Source: Macrostomum lignano
Lineage: Eukaryota
DNA: 64,000 nt
Assembly: GCA_002269645.1 (NCBI GenBank)
Contig: NIVC01001216.1
Coordinates: forward strand, 124,001 to 188,000
Direction of reading: 5' to 3'
Every line of letters starts with the position of its first letter. The stretch's first letter is position 1. The notes under the pieces are model-generated. The model saw only the letters and a program-made list of their open reading frames with translations. It was not told the origin of the DNA and searched no databases. Of this stretch, positions 39,049-51,065 are shown piece after piece. Both the position numbers and the translations under genes were made by a program.

Positions 39049-40017
39049 ACTGGAAGACAGAGATCGGAACAGCGCAGATCATCCAATGAGAGGAAATTGC
39101 TTCCCTCCTTGCTATAGAGGATGGCGGATTTATCCACGTGCGCTGTGGGGCTTTGCATTTAATCAGCTAGCTTGGCTGCCTTTAAGGAAGCAGGTTTCCA
39201 GCGTTATTTTAATAAATTCAAATACTGATTTCTTTGCACTTTAAGCATTTGATCCTGCACGGTAAGTATACACCTGCAGTATACTTATAGCTATTGAAAT
39301 AAGCTAGTATTTGAACCTTATATAGCATAGATCAGCGGATTAATGTGTCTGATTATTGAGTCAGATTACCCCGGGTTCGATTCCGCACGTGTATCCTAGT
39401 TTGTTATAACATTAACTACTATTAGTAGTCAGATCCTAGAACTGTTATAGCAGAATCTGGAAAATTAAAACAGAGGCTTATATCTACGTGTATAAGAATT
39501 CGTTTGCCAGATATTCATTACAAAATATCAATTACCAGTTCCAGCAAAGTACGAGGTATAAGCTAAAGGGAGCTGCATATTTCTACCTCAGAAAAACAAA
39601 AAAACAGCGTCGTTTAAAACAAAGCAGACGAGAGACTGCTGACAAAGCGTTTCAGAATTGATTATTCCAGACTGCCTCACTTTGAGTAGAGATTTTTCTC
39701 AGTTATTCTCTTCATCCCAGAGAGTTCACTGTAAATCTCATTTTCTATACAGTTGTCTGCACAATCCTCTGGGGAAACTGCAGGCTTTCTCATTTTATTG
39801 AATTTCAACCCTGTGAGCGCCAAGCTGACTGCAAATTTCGTAGGAATACACACACACAAGCACTCCAAATATCTTATGCATCTTATGCTCTTGATTAGCA
39901 AGTAAAACGATTCGAAATATAAATTAAGGAAATTGCTGTTTTTGAAGCGACTAAAAACACATGAACTAATTATTTAAACAAACATGCAAATCAGTCTAAG
40001 AAATATTTCAGATATTT

Positions 40018-40337
40018 CCAGGCTCGATTCTAAGTGCAGTCACATTATTTTGGGGCTAAATTGGAATTTCCGCTTGGCTCTGCTCGTGCAATTAACGCCC
40101 AGCTTGAGGGCCAACCCCCAAGACACAGTGAAGTGTTCATGCCTAACGATAAATAAAGTTAGGGCCGCTGTGCACTCCTGTGTGTTTACCTGTGCGTATG
40201 ACTGCGTACGTATCCGCGCGCTTGTGTGCCTGCTCAGGGTAGTCGGCGGAATGGGCGTAATGCCTCTCGCCGGTTGTGTGACAATGTCGCTTAAAGTGCG
40301 CCAGGGTGCACACAACCCCCCCTGCCTCCAATAAAAA
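40018..40337 (+). mobile_element. SINE family B, 5'-truncated
   Basis: Collinear with 30440-30745 from the B box onward. Confidence 0.88.
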
Positions 40338-40601
40338 TAACTTAAACCCTAAACCAAACCAAGTCCTAATCTAACCTAAACTCTAACTCTAATCATAACG
40401 GAAACCTAACTTAACCTTAGTCGTCGGGAGGTGAGATTGGCTGGTAGTCAAATGACAATATCCTGTAGCGTCCCTTTACTTTAGTTGCCGCACGAATAAT
40501 ATAGATAAACTAGAAACTACTACTGACTATTGTTAGTAGGCAGACGCAGAACTCGTATCTTTTCTATTTAGAACCATTTAAATCAACCTGTTCACAGCGA
40601 C

Positions 40602-41961
40602 ATGGCTCAAGAATACGAAGTGTCGATTAGCTGCAATAATCTGGCCGACAAAGACCTGCTCAGCCGATCAGACCCGATGGTGATTCTCCTCGTCAACGTG
40701 CCGAACACGAAACGATTCGTAGAACTGGGACGCACCGAGCTCATTAGGAATTGCCTCAATCCACGATTCCTGCGCACCCTCCGCATCACCCAAGGAACTG
40801 GCGGCGAGGATCCGACAATGCGCGTGGCGGTGATTGACATCGACAATTTCGACGACATCGACCGACTAGCCGATCAGGACTTTATTGGCGAGTATCATTA
40901 CGCATTAGAGGTTTTAGGATTCGACCTCATATATCTTTCCTGTTGCTCTTAAGTTGGCGATCTCGTATACATGACGAAGAATCAAACGCTACTACTTATT
41001 TGCGTTCAGTAGTATGGTAAAGATTCGAGAGTGTCGCTGTGGTTTGATGCTGGGTTTATGACTCGTCAGCTTGACAAAGCTTCAGTGACTTCGCAACAGG
41101 ACAAAACATTATAAGATATTAACCATTTTCAATGACTAATAAGGAAACAGGCAATCATGGGATTTAACCTAAATTTACCTGAAGGAAGCGAACCCTTTAA
41201 GCGACGAAATAAATTATTTTTTGTAATTTAATAGAGAAAAAAATATAATTTGCCAAAATTACGCCGACTTAGCGGCCACGACGCGTGACTAAATAGCAAA
41301 GAGCGGAGGGGGAGGCTGCCCTAAGCCCCGCACACACGCAGAGCACCAGCACCCCACCAACCCACCAAAACGAGACTAGTCCGGCGCGGGGAGGGGGTTA
41401 AAACCAGTTAGAGTCAGATACCTGCCTCAAACTGACGTAATTTTTAACGAAACAGGAAGAGCCGAGTTTCACCAATCACTGCTGACCAGCAACCGAACCT
41501 TCAGTGTCCTGCTGAGCGGCAACTCTGGCGAAGTTGTCTTCAAAACGCGTCCCTACGACGCAGGCCTCGATGGTCACGTGACATTGGAGCTAGCCAATCA
41601 CAGCTTCCCGATAAAGGATCGCGCTATTTTCTTAGAAATTTACCGTCTAGACGAAATTGATGAGGACGCTGACGGCGTGCTGGCCTATCGCTCGGAGCAG
41701 TCCGTGTCGGGAGAATTCGAGCCAGTGAAAGTGTCTTTGTTCACGCTGGCTCTTGGTAGCCGGCAGTGCAAACTCCGGTTCGAATGCTGGCGCTTCTGCA
41801 ATCGCGGCGATCACGTCTGCCTTGGAAGAAAACTAACGAGCCTGGAGGAGCTGGAGCAGCTCTATGTGCATCACAATGTTCCGCTACTATCGTTTAACTA
41901 TAAAGACGAGGCCAGCCGTTACTGCAGCCTGCTGGTCAAGTACGTCGACGTCCGTCAGTGA
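40602..41961 (+). CDS. Copine-like tandem C2-domain protein lacking vWA domain, 2 exons, ~263 aa
   Basis: Exon 1 40602-40887 (EVSISCNNLADKDLLSRSDPMV...LGRTELIRNCLNPRF...DQDFIG, copine C2A pattern); intron 40888-41455 is GC-AG; exon 2 41456-41961 (FLEIYR...LAYRSE...LRFECW, degenerate C2B). Confidence 0.75.
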
Positions 41962-44068
41962 AGAAACCCATTTAGAGGATTTAGTTAACACTTCAAATTT
42001 AATGGAATTTATTCGAAGGCCCAGTTTTGCTCGAAAGTGCATTAGCAAGATATATTTTCTGTTGAAGTGGTCCCGCAACTTCATCGACTTCTGAAAACTG
42101 TAGAAAATTTTTACAAGGAGATCAGGAGCTAGTTTAGCTACTTCTAAAAAATAGAAATTCGCTACATTAGCATCGAGCTTTTAGGTGAAATTGGTAATTT
42201 TAGTAAAAATGTTAGTCATGTGAAGTGTACGTCCTCAAAATAACACGACGTCCTGAAAGCTTTGAGTTTAGACTTTTTTATTTAGCTGTTTTGTCTATGC
42301 GAGTGTATTTTTTTAAGTGTTTCTGTGCCTGTGTTTTGTCATGTAATTTTAATTTTATCTAATACCTCAATTCTTGCTGTTCGAGTGCAATGGGCTAATC
42401 AACAAACAATAGCAGTTGGTCTTGCGTGATTTCTAAAATCAACTGGTACTAGAATTACGAGCGTAGCTCAGGTTTTTGATTATCAGAAATCATACAGCTA
42501 GCTTTGAACCGGAAAATCTTTTTGCTTTAAAAACAAGAGGACAAGTTTTTTATTGAATCAAAAGCGCTATCTGTGATTTACTCTGTTGATCAGACCAAAC
42601 TCTAGAGACAGCTTTTGCTTTTACGCAAGCCCCCAGTCCCATTCTTGTCGTACTTAAGACGTCGTACTACGTAGTTTTGCAATGATTCTTATTACTTTAT
42701 GTGCGTATGTATTTTTGTATGTGTGTGTATTTATGTAAATTTATAATTTATATCCTTGATTGTTATTACAACTTGCAGAGATTTTTTTCTTATACGAGCG
42801 TATCAATGGTTTTTGTTTTATGTGAAGGAAATTCTAATTAGCCAGAGCAAAAATTTACTAAATATTAGTTTTGCCAATATTTATACATTTCTTGTAACTT
42901 TTTATTCAGTGATAAGCGCCGCGTGCACCATATGCCAGCTAGGACATCAACTCGGCGTCTCTGAAAGATAATTTTACATCGCATCGATGTTTGTTATCCA
43001 CCGATCGATGTACAGCATACACCATTATGGACAGCTAAATTTGAAGGAAGCTATAGTTCCGTAAATCGTGTTAGCTAACTCTAAAAGTGGACCCAGGTTT
43101 TCAAAGCAAAATGCAATACCAGGGGAGCTTGTAGTTTGAGACTAAAATAAAGATTAACACATACATAGATTTTCCTTTTGGACTTCTGAACTGCAAACAC
43201 AGCAATCAAGTCTCTCATGAGTTTGATTCAAAATTACAAGTTGGTTTCAATTTTGCTTCGAAAAGCGCGTAGACCTCAGAGCTAGAAATTTATAAACTAC
43301 GATGAATAGCTGACTATATAGCTAGGCCTAGTTTAAAATCAGACAAGCTATTGTCATATTCCAAAATCTTTGCTCCTGAAGATTTAAGTAGCTACTATAG
43401 GATATTTGTTCAAATCTAAGCATGTTTAACTTTATAAACAGCTATTCTTACAGTAAAAAGACATTCTTTAATCTCTTAATTAGAATTATATTTGTTCGGC
43501 TATTGTAGCGAGCATCTTGCTTGTTGTGTTGGCCAGTAAAAAACAATTATTTCGAATTTGTTCATCGCGTCTCAGTCATTTTGTCTTCTCTGGTCTTGCC
43601 TTTCAGTCATGGCTATATATGACTCAGTAGATAACTTGTGAAAAACTTTTGTTATAGAGCTGTGTCTTTTAGCCATGCACGTACTGTTGCGAACTTCAGA
43701 GCTTTTTTCCTATAAGACTAGAGCATAAACCACTGCATGCTCAGCAAAGTCAGTAGCCAGCTATAGTTGCAGAAAAATTGTTTCAAGTCACAAGAGTTGG
43801 CTAAACAAGCACGAAGTAGCTACGAGACTATTACTTATGACCAAATGTCACACCATCCGTCTATAAAACTTAAGCAGTCACCAAGAGAAGTGTAGAGTAT
43901 TCTGCCTCCCTCAAAAATACATAAAAATTGTAAACATACTACTTATACATTTCATTCAGTAGTATAGCATGTAGCATGTATATAAATAAGTGTTAAACCA
44001 CATATACATTAATCAATCAGAAAAGCGAAAAGTCGGTCATGCTATTTTTTAGTAACCAATCAATCATG

Positions 44069-44851
44069 TGTGACCTACAATTGTCAGTTCAAACCCCACC
44101 TGCGATTCATCATTTGGCTTGCACCCGGTTTGCACCCTGATGAACCAATCAAAAGAAACAAAAAACTACCAGCTACGGTAACCAATCATGCGCGCTTACA
44201 GTAGACTAGTTGCGCAACTCTACCCTGTAATGCTTGACAGCAACCAAAAGTTGAACCTTTGACATTTAGAGAAAATGCACCCAACGACCTTATGAGGGTC
44301 CGAATCTCTATAAAAACAAGTGGTCCGAAGCGGACCCGGAGCCAACAACCGGTCTCCGGAAGGAGAAGCTCCGAAGAGGAAGCCAAGGAACTTCCTACAG
44401 AAGAAGTCTATTCGAGTTCTTGCGGTAAGCCTTACTCATTTGCGCCAGTAGTTTGAGACGTCTCATTTGTGTTGAGTTTGAGTCTATTGAGACTCTTGAG
44501 TCTATTGAGACTCCATTGGCTGTAGTCTCCAGAAGAGCTACCCTGATAGATCCTAGAGGACTATCGGTGATTACCGGAGCTATACCTAGAGTGCATTAAG
44601 TCACTGCTAGAAGGAGTAGAGCGTACCAGGACCAACAAAGAAGAAAGAATCAAGGCGCCAGATCGACTGACCGATCTACTAGGAGAAGACACAGCCTCCT
44701 GAGCACGAGAACTACTCAAGGAAGAGATCAACTAATCCGGACTCAATATAAATAAGTTACCTTCATTTGATTACTGGGTTGCCTAGCTAGGAGCTAGAAG
44801 TGATTTTCTTTGATTACCGAGAAAGGTCTCAGTAATAAGGAACACATCACA
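44069..44851 (+). mobile_element. Candidate solo LTR / promoter-like repeat
   Basis: TGTGA...TCACA ends, several AACCAATCA (CCAAT) boxes, CTATAAAA at ~44308 and internal duplications; no matching TSD found. Confidence 0.3.
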
Positions 44852-45377
44852 AGCAGTTGGTAAACAAGTTTGATTTTATTCTCTCTTCTATAGAAAAATT
44901 AAAGTTTAAAATATTATGGAAATATAGCTTTGACTTTACCACGATAAGTTATCTTATTGTAATTCAGCAAGCAAAAAGTTAACAGAGCTTTTAAAAACAC
45001 ATGCTAAAACTCTTCCAGAAAATTGCGGATGAGGGGCCAAGCAAATATTGAAACGGCAACGTCTCAGTGTTACTGTGCGTGAAGTTACGGCGCTGCCGTT
45101 GCTACTCAACGGATCATACATTGATATAAATATTTAGTCTAAAGTGCCTCACTACGTTCGTATCTGGGAAAACTTGTTCTAACATCCTGATGGTAAAAGG
45201 TTTTTCTAACGCTCAAGCAAACACTTCAAGTATACACGAATTGATTGAATGCAAACTCACGGAGAAATTTCATTTACCTGTTCAGCCTTGTTTAGTTATT
45301 TCAGTGTATTTAAGCTGCAGAAATTCTCCTGAAATTTCATGAAATTTCATTCTGAGAAGCTTCTTAAACACGTTGAA

Positions 45378-46175
45378 ATGGGACATATCAACGGAATCTC
45401 AGTCTTCGTGTGCGCAATCGTCTTCGGGCTCAGAGAAACTGTGTTAGCAAGCTGTCCAAGGTCCTCATTGCCACTAGTGCTGACATCCGGGCCGTCGCCT
45501 TGGTGTGTCAGCAATCGCGGCAGCACTAGGAGCTTCTGCTCGGCGATGGAAACATGTCACGCAGCTAAGCTAGAAATTATCGGCCGCGAGGTGTACTCTG
45601 CCATCAAGTCGGGCGTTGCGAGCGCTCCAGGTGTTTTGCCTAGCCACTACTGGGTCGGTCTGACGGACTCGCTAAACGAGCGGGGCACCAATTTCGACGG
45701 CTGGGTTTGGATTCGAGACGGGCAAAAAACCGGCTCGGGAAGCAGTCTGTTCTCCGTCGGGGAGCCGAGCGGTGGAGCCAATGAAAACTGCGCGTTGGCC
45801 TCACCAACTGGTCTGAAAGACGTCAGCTGCAGGTCCACGACCGCCTCGCTTACACCGGCTGTGTTCTGCTACAGCAACATCAACGGGTCCGACGTTCTAG
45901 CAGCTGTTACCAACAGCGTCAGCCAGTTTGAGAGGGTAGAAATTGCGAGTTACACTCAGATGGATCCCGGCTGCTGGACTGACGCTTCACCGATCGGCCG
46001 GATGGCCTGTTCGTCCAGTTGCGCCAGGCTAGGAACGGACTGCATCGGATTCTACTGGCATTCAGTCAGACTTAGCTGCATTCTGCTGACTTACTTTGAC
46101 TCCAACGTGTCGCTTAATTTTACAGACAGCGCCGACAAACTGAAATGGGAGAAGTTTCTTAAAAAGAAGTTCTGA
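45378..46175 (+). CDS. Secreted C-type lectin-domain protein with C-terminal Cys-rich PAN/apple-like module, intronless, ~265 aa
   Basis: Hydrophobic N-terminus; FC.A...C, YWVGLTD, GWVW, GEPS...ENCA, KDVSC; C-terminal C...C....DCIGFYWH...CILL. The in-frame ORF begins at 45339 but MGHING (45378) precedes the signal-like segment. Confidence 0.85.
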   Translation: MGHINGISVFVCAIVFGLRETVLASCPRSSLPLVLTSGPSPWCVSNRGSTRSFCSAMETCHAAKLEIIGREVYSAIKSGVASAPGVLPSHYWVGLTDSLNERGTNFDGWVWIRDGQKTGSGSSLFSVGEPSGGANENCALASPTGLKDVSCRSTTASLTPAVFCYSNINGSDVLAAVTNSVSQFERVEIASYTQMDPGCWTDASPIGRMACSSSCARLGTDCIGFYWHSVRLSCILLTYFDSNVSLNFTDSADKLKWEKFLKKKF

Positions 46176-47535
46176 ACGAAATAAAAAAGAACATAATGGT
46201 GAATAAATTTCTATTTAAAAGTACGTCTCGTATACTGTTTATTAAGACTATTTATCTACGCTCATATTAGCTATTGTCTCGTTATAATGAACTGGATTAG
46301 CGGTATTGTTTATAACTTTTATTAATGTAATCACATGCATGGATGAATCTTTATATATTTTATATTGTATAATGCAACTATAGTTAGAAGTTTATCGAGC
46401 CGCTTACAGTTAAAAGTATACATATTGCGACAATTATAATCCTACTTAACATATTAACTTTTGTTTTTTAAAGACAAACTCGAGTTTTCACGCGAGTACT
46501 TATTTGTGCGAAATGCGAATAATAAAATAGCTACTTATTAAAAGTACACCGATCCGAGGTTCACTTAGCAAAAGTACATTTTAAACCTTTAAACTACTCA
46601 TATCTTAGGAATGCACAACTGTCATTTTTACCGTAATACGAAGACAGCACTGAATAATATTTTTGAACTCAGAGTGAGCAGAACTTATAATCTGAGCTTA
46701 ATATAGCTTAGGTAGTTTAGCTAGCTAGTTATGCATATTTTTCTTTAAACATCTTTCCGGGAGCTTTTGCCAAATTTTCCAAAGTTTGTCAAAACTTGAA
46801 ATTGTACACAGATCGAAACTGCCGCTTTGGCTGGACCGTCTGCTTCTCTGTGATGTCTGTGAAGAAAACTTTTCGACTCCTCATTCATCGAACCTCATTA
46901 GTTACTTACAGGTAAGTAATCTAGGCGATCATTCAGCTTCATGAGTGAGGAAAATAGACAGCTTTGTCTGCATTTTACAAACAGCTGCCGCTCTTATGTA
47001 CACAATTGCCGAACCAGAATAATGTTGTATTCGGGTAGTTGAATTTGAACAGTGCCGATCGTTGCCACATGCCCTAGCAATTTACACATCGAGTAAACAG
47101 TTTCGGTTATGTTATTACTCATGAAGGAACCAAAGACTGATACTTTGAGATGCAAAGATACTCTGAACGAAAATCTCTCATTCCGTAAGTGTCAGGTACG
47201 GTAAAGTAAAACTTAGCTTAGCTCGAATACATGATAGTACTAGGTATTAATACCAGCAATACGATGCTACGTTCGCACTCCACTAATGGACCGAGGCTTT
47301 ATTACAAACGGAAGACACTTTATTTGCAATTTTTTAGTGAGAAATATTTGCGATCTGCATTAGGCAGCTTCCGGTCCATTAGCTGCTGGTATTTACTCAC
47401 GATTCCAAACTGGAATATGCAAACAGTGTAGGGAAAGCGTTCGCCCATGCAGTTCTGAGGCTATATATTGGTAAAGGTATGATTATTCTTTTCTCGAAAT
47501 CACTAATCAGAAGTAGTTACTCTTAATATATAATA

Positions 47536-48446
47536 ATGAAGTCACTGTTTCTTTACCTGCTGCTACAGTTGAATCTTCTGGCCAACGCGAATGTTGACGC
47601 GAATCTCCCAATAAGTGTGCAACTGAATAACGGTTTTAACGTCTCCGCCTATGTGGGCTCATTCACCTTTTGCGAGGCGGTGAAACTGTGCCACGACGAA
47701 GGCAAAGAAATGCTTGGCAGAGAAGCGTATCTGGCTATCGAAAAGGACAAGATGCTCAGAAAAACAAAAAAGCCAAATGGCGGCAATCTCAACTCGCTGT
47801 CTTGGTGGCTTGGACTGGTGGACGCTCTGGCTGAGAGGAATAAACTGAGGAGCGGATGGGTATGGATTGAGGATGGCGAAGTCACCACGGGAAACGAAAA
47901 TAGTAAGTATACACAACGTTGTTTGTTCTTTCGATTAAAACAGCATCAATGCCTTTTTTGAATGATGCTTCTTTGCTTAACCTACATTTACGTAACTCTT
48001 TTAAAACTTGCGATTGCATAGTTTTTGGGCCTGGCGAACCAAACAGTAGAGGAATTGGAGAAGACTGCGTCGCCATGGATGCAAATGCCATCTGGGACCA
48101 TGGCTGCGTTGCCCGACACAATGTCCTCTGCTACACCGCCGATAGCTTTAACAGAGTGCGAAACGCCGAGACAACTGTCCGTTTTGTAAGAATGCCGATT
48201 CTGAACTACGACCAGCCTCAAGCTGGCTGCTGGATGACCATCCCGGAGAAATCAGCTCCGGAAGATTGCACCCTGAAATGCCTGGCCATTCCTCACTCGG
48301 ACTGCGTTGGATTCTACTGGAACTCGGCGAGGCGTCAGTGCATCCTGCTGCCGTACTTTGACGCGGCTGTGCAGCTGGACTACACAAGCGATGCAGAGAA
48401 GCTTAGCTGGGAAAAGTTCTATAGGCAAGAGATTCGTCTGCCGTGA
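47536..48446 (+). CDS. Paralogous C-type lectin/PAN-like protein, 2 exons, ~263 aa
   Basis: Exon 1 47536-47902, GT-AG phase-1 intron 47903-48021, exon 2 48022-48446. Signal peptide MKSLFLYLLLQLNLLA; WWLGLVD, GWVW, GEPNS...EDCVA, IWDHGC, DCVGFYWN. Confidence 0.85.
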
Positions 48447-48854
48447 AAAGTGGATAGCTATTAGGAAAACAGCGAAGTCACGGGGTTACGGCAACCTAGA
48501 TGAACGACGAATCTAATTTTTTGATGCACTGCCTTTTTACTGAAGTATGTAACTAAATAGAATTATAGATCAGAGAATTACATATATGACGATTAGTAAG
48601 TGCAATATGAAAGAAAAAGAAAACTTAAGTTTCTATAATTTTTAACTCGACTCTTAGATAGAATATAAAAATATAACGTCGATGAAAAACCCCAAAAAGA
48701 AGCATTACGTGCGGTTACGAGCATCTCTGAATTTCCTATGCGTTAATTTGTGCACTTATTTGTTAACGATTGAACAAATCGCTTTATTTATTTTTTAGGG
48801 CCCTCTGATTTTCCCATAAACGCCCTTAAGCATGGGTATTAATGTACTAATAAT

Positions 48855-49477
48855 GTATAGCTTTTTGCAGCCCATTTGGGCTTACGTATCAGAATTGTGG
48901 ACCATATGCTGGGCTGTCGAACCATTGGCTTGCGATCAAAGCGCTCGACAGAGGTGAAAACCAAATGACATTGCAAGGCTGCTGGGAATGTAAAAGAAAA
49001 GATGGTTTACAGCATCTATCAGCGCGTTGAAACCACTGGCGGCAGAGATCGCCTGCGAAGGGGTGTCAATCGCCAAAGCAAGTTGTGAGAGCCTCAGGTC
49101 CAGCTGCTACTCGATGCAGTTGAGACGAAGCCTTTGCTTACGTTGCCGAAATGCAGCAGAAGTTAAAAGAAGTTAAAAGAAGTTCCAGTTGGTTATCAGA
49201 TTTTTACTATCAGCAGAGCTCTGGAAAAGCGACTGAAAATTGTTGGTAGAGACGCTGACATTCCAGCGGTACGCAACAACCTGCAGACTGTTTCAAGAGG
49301 GCAAGAATTTGCCGAATGGCTCACGAGCGTTTTGACCAAACTGATGCTTGTTGGACCAAATTAAGTGCCGCTGTGCCAGCCTTGCTACCATAGACAAAAG
49401 CTCCAAATTACATTGGCAAACCTATTTGGGATTAAATTCAATGCGCATAGGCCCAAATGGGCTGCAAAAAGCTATAC
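48855..49477 (+). mobile_element. Degenerate Tc1/IS630-like element with ~30-bp inverted repeats
   Basis: gtatagctttttgcagcccatttgggc / gcccaaatgggctgcaaaaagctatac. Internal broken frame (LLDAVETKPLLT..EMQQKL...TISRAL...RGQEFAEWL) resembles the transposase N-terminus of the neighbouring element. Confidence 0.6.
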
Positions 49478-49715
49478 TATTAACGCCCGCAAAGCATGGG
49501 TATTACTATTATTGTTCCATAGACATTTGTGTCCTTGACAAAGTGGGACAGAGTAATCGGGCGTTAAATGTCAATAATCCATAGAAATAATGACTTTCCG
49601 TGACAATTTTTTGCGTTCTCCGGGATTTTATTTGGTAATATTCAATAATATCCCGTAAAGTCTTTATGTCTATGGTTTTATACGAGATTACACATGCCTT
49701 TTTCGGGAGTTAGTC

Positions 49716-50571
49716 GCCACGTCAGCGCTTATGGTTTAAGCCATTGACAAAAGTTTCTAGCATCGAAATTCAGCTTACTATACCTTTTCAAGCTGGACTT
49801 TGGCAAAAGTGACTTCAATTTTGGCAGCCCATGGAAAAAGCATACGCCTGTCAGCAACATGTCTATGGTCAACTGTGGTAGAATCGGTTAAAGCGTGCAT
49901 TCAACTTGGCAAAAGTGAGCGAATTTTGGCAACTCAATAAACTGAACGGAAAACGGTAACAAACGGACTAGGAAACAAGATTTAAGCACAAAGCACGATA
50001 CTGTCTGATTGCCTGATTGGCTGATTGCCTGCACCGACACGCCAGGTGCGCCTGGAAGTTCGGCTTCCATCTTCTCCTTCATCTCCCTCAACGTTATGGT
50101 GGGCTTCTCTTCAACAAACCGAGTCACAGCATTTAACATTGGTGGTGTAAATTTTGGCCTCACGGCTCCTCCTCGTTGCTTCAGCGCAACGCGATCTTCA
50201 GTGACAAACCTGTGGATAATTGTGTCGGCCGTGGTTCTCTTTATGCCGAGGTCCTTCGCCAATCGTCTCCAGTCTCTTCCTTCTTGGTAGCTGCGCACCA
50301 GCCGTTCTCGATCCTGCAGCGAAATACGCGCGTTCGGCATCTTCTTCGGTTGAGTTGCCAAAATTCGCTCACTTTTGCCAAAGTTGAATGCACGCTTTAA
50401 CCGATTCTACCACATTTGACCATAGACATGTTGCTGGCAGGCGTATGCTTTTTCCATGGGCTGCCAAAATTGAAGTCACCTTTGCCAAAGTCCAGCTTGA
50501 AAAGGTATAGTAAGCTGAATTTCGATGCTAGAAACTTTTGTCTATGGCTTAAACCATAGCGCTGACGTGGC
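49716..50571 (-). mobile_element. Tc1/IS630-like element with ~220-bp inverted repeats and HTH-only ORF
   Basis: Arms 49716-49937 / 50350-50571 are nearly identical. ORF MPNARISLQDRERLV...LAKDLGIKRTTADTII...RGG..RPKF...EEKPTITLREM fits the bipartite HTH region; DDE domain missing; no TA TSD seen. Confidence 0.8.
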
Positions 50572-50724
50572 AGAACAAAAATCGACAGTCTTGCGCGCTC
50601 ATATGCCCAGAAGAGAGTAGGCTATTAAATAAAAGCTGCCACACTTGTTCACGACTGGATTCGGAATGGAAAATTTAAGATGTTGTTGGGTGTAATACTA
50701 TATTAATACACTTGGAGGGTGAGG

Positions 50725-51065
50725 GGTTTTTAGTCATTATAGTTGCTAGTGTGTCGGACTAATGATCTGAAGGTCGGGAGTTTGATTCCCTGTCCTATGG
50801 AACAACTTGTTGTGTTCTTTATAGCATGACAATTTAATTTTACTATGCATTGCTTTACAGTTCACCCTGCTGTGTAAAATGGGTACCAGCATTATTGTCT
50901 GGGATTGTTGAGGATGTGTGTGCGTGGCGACCGGGTCTATAGCAGACTGAACAACAGCCGCCGCACGGCCCGTACGCAGCCTTCAGGTGCGCCGCGCAAT
51001 AGCTGCGGCTGAGTTGCCAGTTTCACATCATTGGGGCGGCAGGTGTAATCAGTTATATTATATGG
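50725..51065 (+). mobile_element. SINE family A, diverged full-length copy
   Basis: Collinear with 28984-29300 including gcaatagctgcggctgag and ggcaggtgta 3' blocks. Confidence 0.8.

Noticed and set aside
40340-40420. CCTAA-rich tract as telomeric repeat
   Set aside because: Short and irregular, with no perfect tandem units.
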